From the sequence record SRR31156797_5308: a stretch of 20,000 nt of DNA. One strand, given 5' to 3'. The notes beneath the pieces are model-generated. The model searched no databases. It saw nothing but the letters and a program-made list of their open reading frames with translations, and had not been told where the DNA came from. This document shows, one piece after another, positions 16,815 to 20,000 of the stretch. The translations under genes and the position numbers were made by a program. Every line of letters begins with the position of its first letter. Positions within the stretch are counted from its first letter, which is position 1.

Positions 16815-17822
16815 TTAGCGGACGCCTCCAGTGATCACTGTCTTTCCTTTCGTTCCTTGCTCAACCGCTTTTGTAGCGTGCTTTAAGGTCTCGATGGTAA
16901 TTCCTCCATCAAACGTTTGGACCGCAGTCGTATGGATCTTTTTGTCAGCGAGCAACGAGGCGATCCGTTGCAAAATGCCCCCTTGTGTTTCAATCATCAA
17001 CTGAGCATCTGTTTTTGTGAACATATACTCCCAATAAAAATCGATGCCGAGGTTTTTAAATGGATTTAAATCTAGCGCTTCTTTCGTATTCACGATCATT
17101 CCGACTTTGCCAAATGGCAAGATTGCTTTTGTTAATTGTGGCAAATAGGCAGATGCGTCATAAAAAAGTGCAACGGCTGAAAAAGGTTCAGTGATTTGTT
17201 CAGCTAACGGCAAGCGGTGATTCAGTACCTGATCCACTTGATTGTCTTTAAGCCACTGATCGTTCTTAGGACTCGCAGTGCCATAGACTGTCAATCCTGC
17301 CCATTTTGCTAGTTGCGCCGCAATCGAGCCAACACCACCGCTGGCATTGACCAATAAAATTGATCCTTCATTCGCGTTCTCTTCAGGCACATACCCAAAT
17401 TTTTCAAAAAGCAATTCCCATGCCGTAATACTCGTTAATGGCATAGCTGCAAGATCACCGTCAGAAAAGCCGGCTGGCGCCTTTGCTGCGATTCGAAAAT
17501 CAACGACTTGAAACCTTTGATTCGCACCAGGTCGTTGTGTGGTTCCAGCATAAAACACCCGATCACCAACGGCAAAGCCATTAACTGCTGAGCCGATTTC
17601 ATGTACTATACCTACTGCATCATATCCCTGGATATGGAATTTCTCACTTAAAGTGGTTGTTTGGCGGCGTTTCGTGTCAATTGGATTCACAGAAACAGCT
17701 TGCACTTCCACCAATAGATCGTTTGCCTGACAAGTTGGCATTGGAAATTCCTTTTCAATAAATACTTCTGGATCATCTAAAGATCGTCCTTCATAAAAAC
17801 CTAGTGCTTTATTTATCATCAT
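16815..17822 (-). CDS. Zinc-binding alcohol dehydrogenase family / NADPH:quinone oxidoreductase-type MDR
   Basis: DLLVEVQAVSVNPID.K, GYDAVG, GDRVFYAG, AAMPLTSITAWELLF, ASGGVGSIA.QLA, WEYMF. The catalytic Zn ligand motif is absent. Confidence 0.9.
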   Translation of the reverse strand: MMINKALGFYEGRSLDDPEVFIEKEFPMPTCQANDLLVEVQAVSVNPIDTKRRQTTTLSEKFHIQGYDAVGIVHEIGSAVNGFAVGDRVFYAGTTQRPGANQRFQVVDFRIAAKAPAGFSDGDLAAMPLTSITAWELLFEKFGYVPEENANEGSILLVNASGGVGSIAAQLAKWAGLTVYGTASPKNDQWLKDNQVDQVLNHRLPLAEQITEPFSAVALFYDASAYLPQLTKAILPFGKVGMIVNTKEALDLNPFKNLGIDFYWEYMFTKTDAQLMIETQGGILQRIASLLADKKIHTTAVQTFDGGITIETLKHATKAVEQGTKGKTVITGGVR

Positions 17823-17834
17823 ACTGCTCCTTCC

Positions 17835-17877
17835 AAAAAAAGTGCTGAATAGTTATAAAAACCATTCTAGCACTTTT
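17835..17877 (-). terminator. Terminator after the two hypothetical genes
   Basis: AAAAGTGCT(A)GAAT...ATTC AGCACTTTT followed by a U7 tract on the minus strand. Confidence 0.65.
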
Positions 17878-17893
17878 AACCAATTTAGAACAT

Positions 17894-18955
17894 TTATTCT
17901 TCACCTTGAACGACAAGCGGAACCAAAAACGGATAACTTGTGAAGAAATCCAATAAAGATCGCTTCCATTGATCCGAGTCAATCGTGAGTAACGTTGATT
18001 CTGTGTACAAATGAATCGTCAAACGCTGATTTTTATCAAGCAGAACAAGGATCTCGCCTTTGTTTTCTGTGATAAAATCATACGACTGATTCTCCATCGT
18101 GATGATGAAAATTTGGTCAAGGACTTCCGCTGCAACAGGAAAATCTGTTTCCATATCGACAGCTAAGGTTTGGGTATTGTCGATCAAACTTGGCGAGACA
18201 GTAAAATCCAATTCTTTTAAATGAGCCAGTATCAAATTTACATCGTAATTAAACAGTGAAAGTTGATTGACTGAGAAAATATTATCGGCATGCCATTGAC
18301 TGATCAGATGTAAAATCTGTTCATCGTTGACCACCACCGACTGGGAATTTGAATTGATTGTCAACAACGGCAAATAGTTTGATTGGTAACTTGAATTGAC
18401 CGGATTTAACTTAAAACTAAACTCTAGTTCTTTTGTTTCTGTTAAACGAAAGCGGACATTGAAGTGCTTTGTCTTCCAGGTATCGTAATTGTCGGTAGCT
18501 GTTAAATGAATCACTTTTAATGGTTTCAAGAATTCATAGGCATAGTACTCAAGCAAGGTTTTTTTTGCAATGACAGAGATTTCTTGTTCTGTTAAGATCA
18601 AATGACGATAATGGTTGAGCAACCCGGAGAAATCAGCCTCCATGATTGATTTTCGCAATTTTAAATCAGCTAGTTCATTTTCGGCTTGTTCAATAAGGGA
18701 CTCGATGCGCTGATGATCTTGTGCTTTTACAGCATAGTAATCATCTTCATATTCCGCTTCCTCTTCCTCTAATTTGAAAGAATCATCCTCTACATTGTCT
18801 TCTACTAAAGAGCGATCATCAACTGTGGTAGACGCATTGGTTGCTGAATTTTCGTCGACCTCATTGACTTCTTCTGGTTGAACTTCTAGAGTCTCTTCCT
18901 GATCCATCAGTTGTGGTTCAAGAGGATTTTTCTGTGTTTCTTTCGTCAATTTCAA
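17894..18955 (-). CDS. Hypothetical protein (acidic low-complexity N-terminus, short coiled coil, alpha/beta C-terminus)
   Basis: 353-aa ORF, TTG start with RBS AAAGGAG, overlaps the upstream gene by 38 bp. No family recognised. Confidence 0.75.
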   Translation of the reverse strand: MKLTKETQKNPLEPQLMDQEETLEVQPEEVNEVDENSATNASTTVDDRSLVEDNVEDDSFKLEEEEAEYEDDYYAVKAQDHQRIESLIEQAENELADLKLRKSIMEADFSGLLNHYRHLILTEQEISVIAKKTLLEYYAYEFLKPLKVIHLTATDNYDTWKTKHFNVRFRLTETKELEFSFKLNPVNSSYQSNYLPLLTINSNSQSVVVNDEQILHLISQWHADNIFSVNQLSLFNYDVNLILAHLKELDFTVSPSLIDNTQTLAVDMETDFPVAAEVLDQIFIITMENQSYDFITENKGEILVLLDKNQRLTIHLYTESTLLTIDSDQWKRSLLDFFTSYPFLVPLVVQGEE

Positions 18956-19832
18956 TCAGCTCCTTTCCCGTATACTGAGCTAAGAAAGCCAATAATTTAG
19001 TATTGAATTCTTCAAAAGAACCAAAAAAAGTATCAATTTGTCGGAATTCTTTTTCTACGATTGCTTTCTTTAAACGCAATGTTTGATATTGCTGCTGCAG
19101 GCGTTCTTTTTCAGCAAAAACTTCTTCATTATTATTTGAATATCTTTCCCATTCTCTACGTTTGGCTTCTAGAGCTTTCCGGTCAGAAGTCAAACGCTCT
19201 AGTTCTTCATCGATTTTTGTCCGATTGAAAAAGCCCTTTGATTCCGTCAATTCATTTTCGGCTTCCGTAAGTTTATCGATCTGATTTTGGATTTCCTTCA
19301 CTTCTGATAACGCAGTGATCCGTTTGGCTTCCAGCTTGTCCATCTGCTGTTCGATTGCTGTCAGCATCTCACGATTGCCTCGTTGGAACTTTTCCCATTC
19401 TTCATCTATCTCAGGGATAACAAAAATTTCGGGAATACTCGCATCGATACCAATCGTCGCTCGCTCATGATAATAGGTTCCTAACTTATAGTAATGCACC
19501 GTAGGAGATATTTTGGCACAATGCATCATAAATGGGAAAGCTTGGGTAAAGTTATCGTGGAACTTCCTTGATAACAATTCATCAATCTCATGATTTTGAT
19601 TTGATGTTTCTTTTAACTGTTTGTGTAATCGACCATTATATATACGATAAATTTCAGGAATATCCTCTTTTTCGATCGCGACTTCAAAATCTTGCAGGTC
19701 TTGCAGCATCTGACCTATATTTTTTGAGGCCACTTGTTTTATATCGCCAAAGGATACTTCTTCATTCGTTGAAACTGAAACAACGTCTTGATCTTGAACA
19801 ACATTTTGTTCTTTTTTGGCATCGTCAGTCAT
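18918..19832 (-). CDS. Hypothetical coiled-coil protein
   Basis: 304-aa ORF with RBS AGGAGG and an extended -10 TGATACACT (19870-19862). The C-terminal half is a long E/K/Q-rich heptad region. Confidence 0.8.
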   Translation of the reverse strand: MTDDAKKEQNVVQDQDVVSVSTNEEVSFGDIKQVASKNIGQMLQDLQDFEVAIEKEDIPEIYRIYNGRLHKQLKETSNQNHEIDELLSRKFHDNFTQAFPFMMHCAKISPTVHYYKLGTYYHERATIGIDASIPEIFVIPEIDEEWEKFQRGNREMLTAIEQQMDKLEAKRITALSEVKEIQNQIDKLTEAENELTESKGFFNRTKIDEELERLTSDRKALEAKRREWERYSNNNEEVFAEKERLQQQYQTLRLKKAIVEKEFRQIDTFFGSFEEFNTKLLAFLAQYTGKELIEIDERNTEKSS

Positions 19833-19935
19833 ATGATCCCTCCTAAAAATACTTCACTACTAGTGTATCATTTTTTTCCATAAAAAGTTATTTTAAGTGA
19901 TTGTTTTTAGTAAAATGATACATCGTTGTAATAAC

Positions 19936-19967
19936 AAAAAAACACATGTCAATGAAGACATGTGTTT
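19936..19967 (-). terminator. rRNA operon terminator
   Basis: AAACACATGTC-ttcatt-GACATGTGTTT plus a U-tract, immediately after the 5S rRNA 3' end. Confidence 0.85.
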
Positions 19968-19970
19968 GAC

Positions 19971-20000
19971 TGCGTGGCGACGTCCTACTCTCACAAAGGG
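19971..20000 (-). rRNA. rrf: 5S rRNA, 3' end (partial)
   Basis: Minus strand CCCTTTGTGAGAGTAGGACGTCGCCACGCA matches the conserved Firmicute 5S rRNA 3' end (GUGAGAGUAGGACGUCGCCA). Confidence 0.93.

Noticed and set aside
16815-17822. Absence of Zn-binding Cys/His in the 'zinc-binding ADH'
   Set aside because: Normal for the quinone-oxidoreductase-type MDR subfamily, so not unusual.
1222-19846. Numerous short ORFs (61-128 aa) overlapping the main genes on the opposite strand or in alternate frames
   Set aside because: Shadow ORFs of well-supported genes with no motifs.
1-20000. CRISPR array, IS/transposase, prophage or defence-system genes
   Set aside because: I saw no regularly spaced repeats and no transposase, integrase, phage or nuclease motifs.

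Overview
Low-GC Firmicute chromosomal DNA, probably Enterococcus (casseliflavus/gallinarum-like by inference from protein style and gene content). It is mostly minus-strand housekeeping and stress genes lying just downstream of an rRNA operon. In order: the 5' part of a divergent FtsW/RodA (SEDS) gene under an M-box (ykoK, Mg2+) riboswitch; a short Smr-less MutS2 paralog preceded by a uORF plus terminator attenuator leader; ahpCF; a small DUF4649-like protein; a PadR regulator plus membrane protein with a palindromic operator; a Fur-boxed four-gene iron-siderophore ABC transporter; an Mga-like regulator coupled to a cysteine-free NADH oxidase/peroxidase homolog (natural Cys42Ser); an ArsB/NhaD/CitMHS-type permease; a SAM methyltransferase; a quinone-oxidoreductase-type MDR; two uncharacterised proteins; and the 3' end of 5S rRNA. 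I saw no mobile element or CRISPR array. The best leads are (1) the uORF-attenuated MutS2 paralog, a candidate stall- or antibiotic-inducible ribosome-rescue system, (2) the Cys-less Nox/Mga pair, and (3) the Mg2+-riboswitch-controlled SEDS protein with altered conserved residues.
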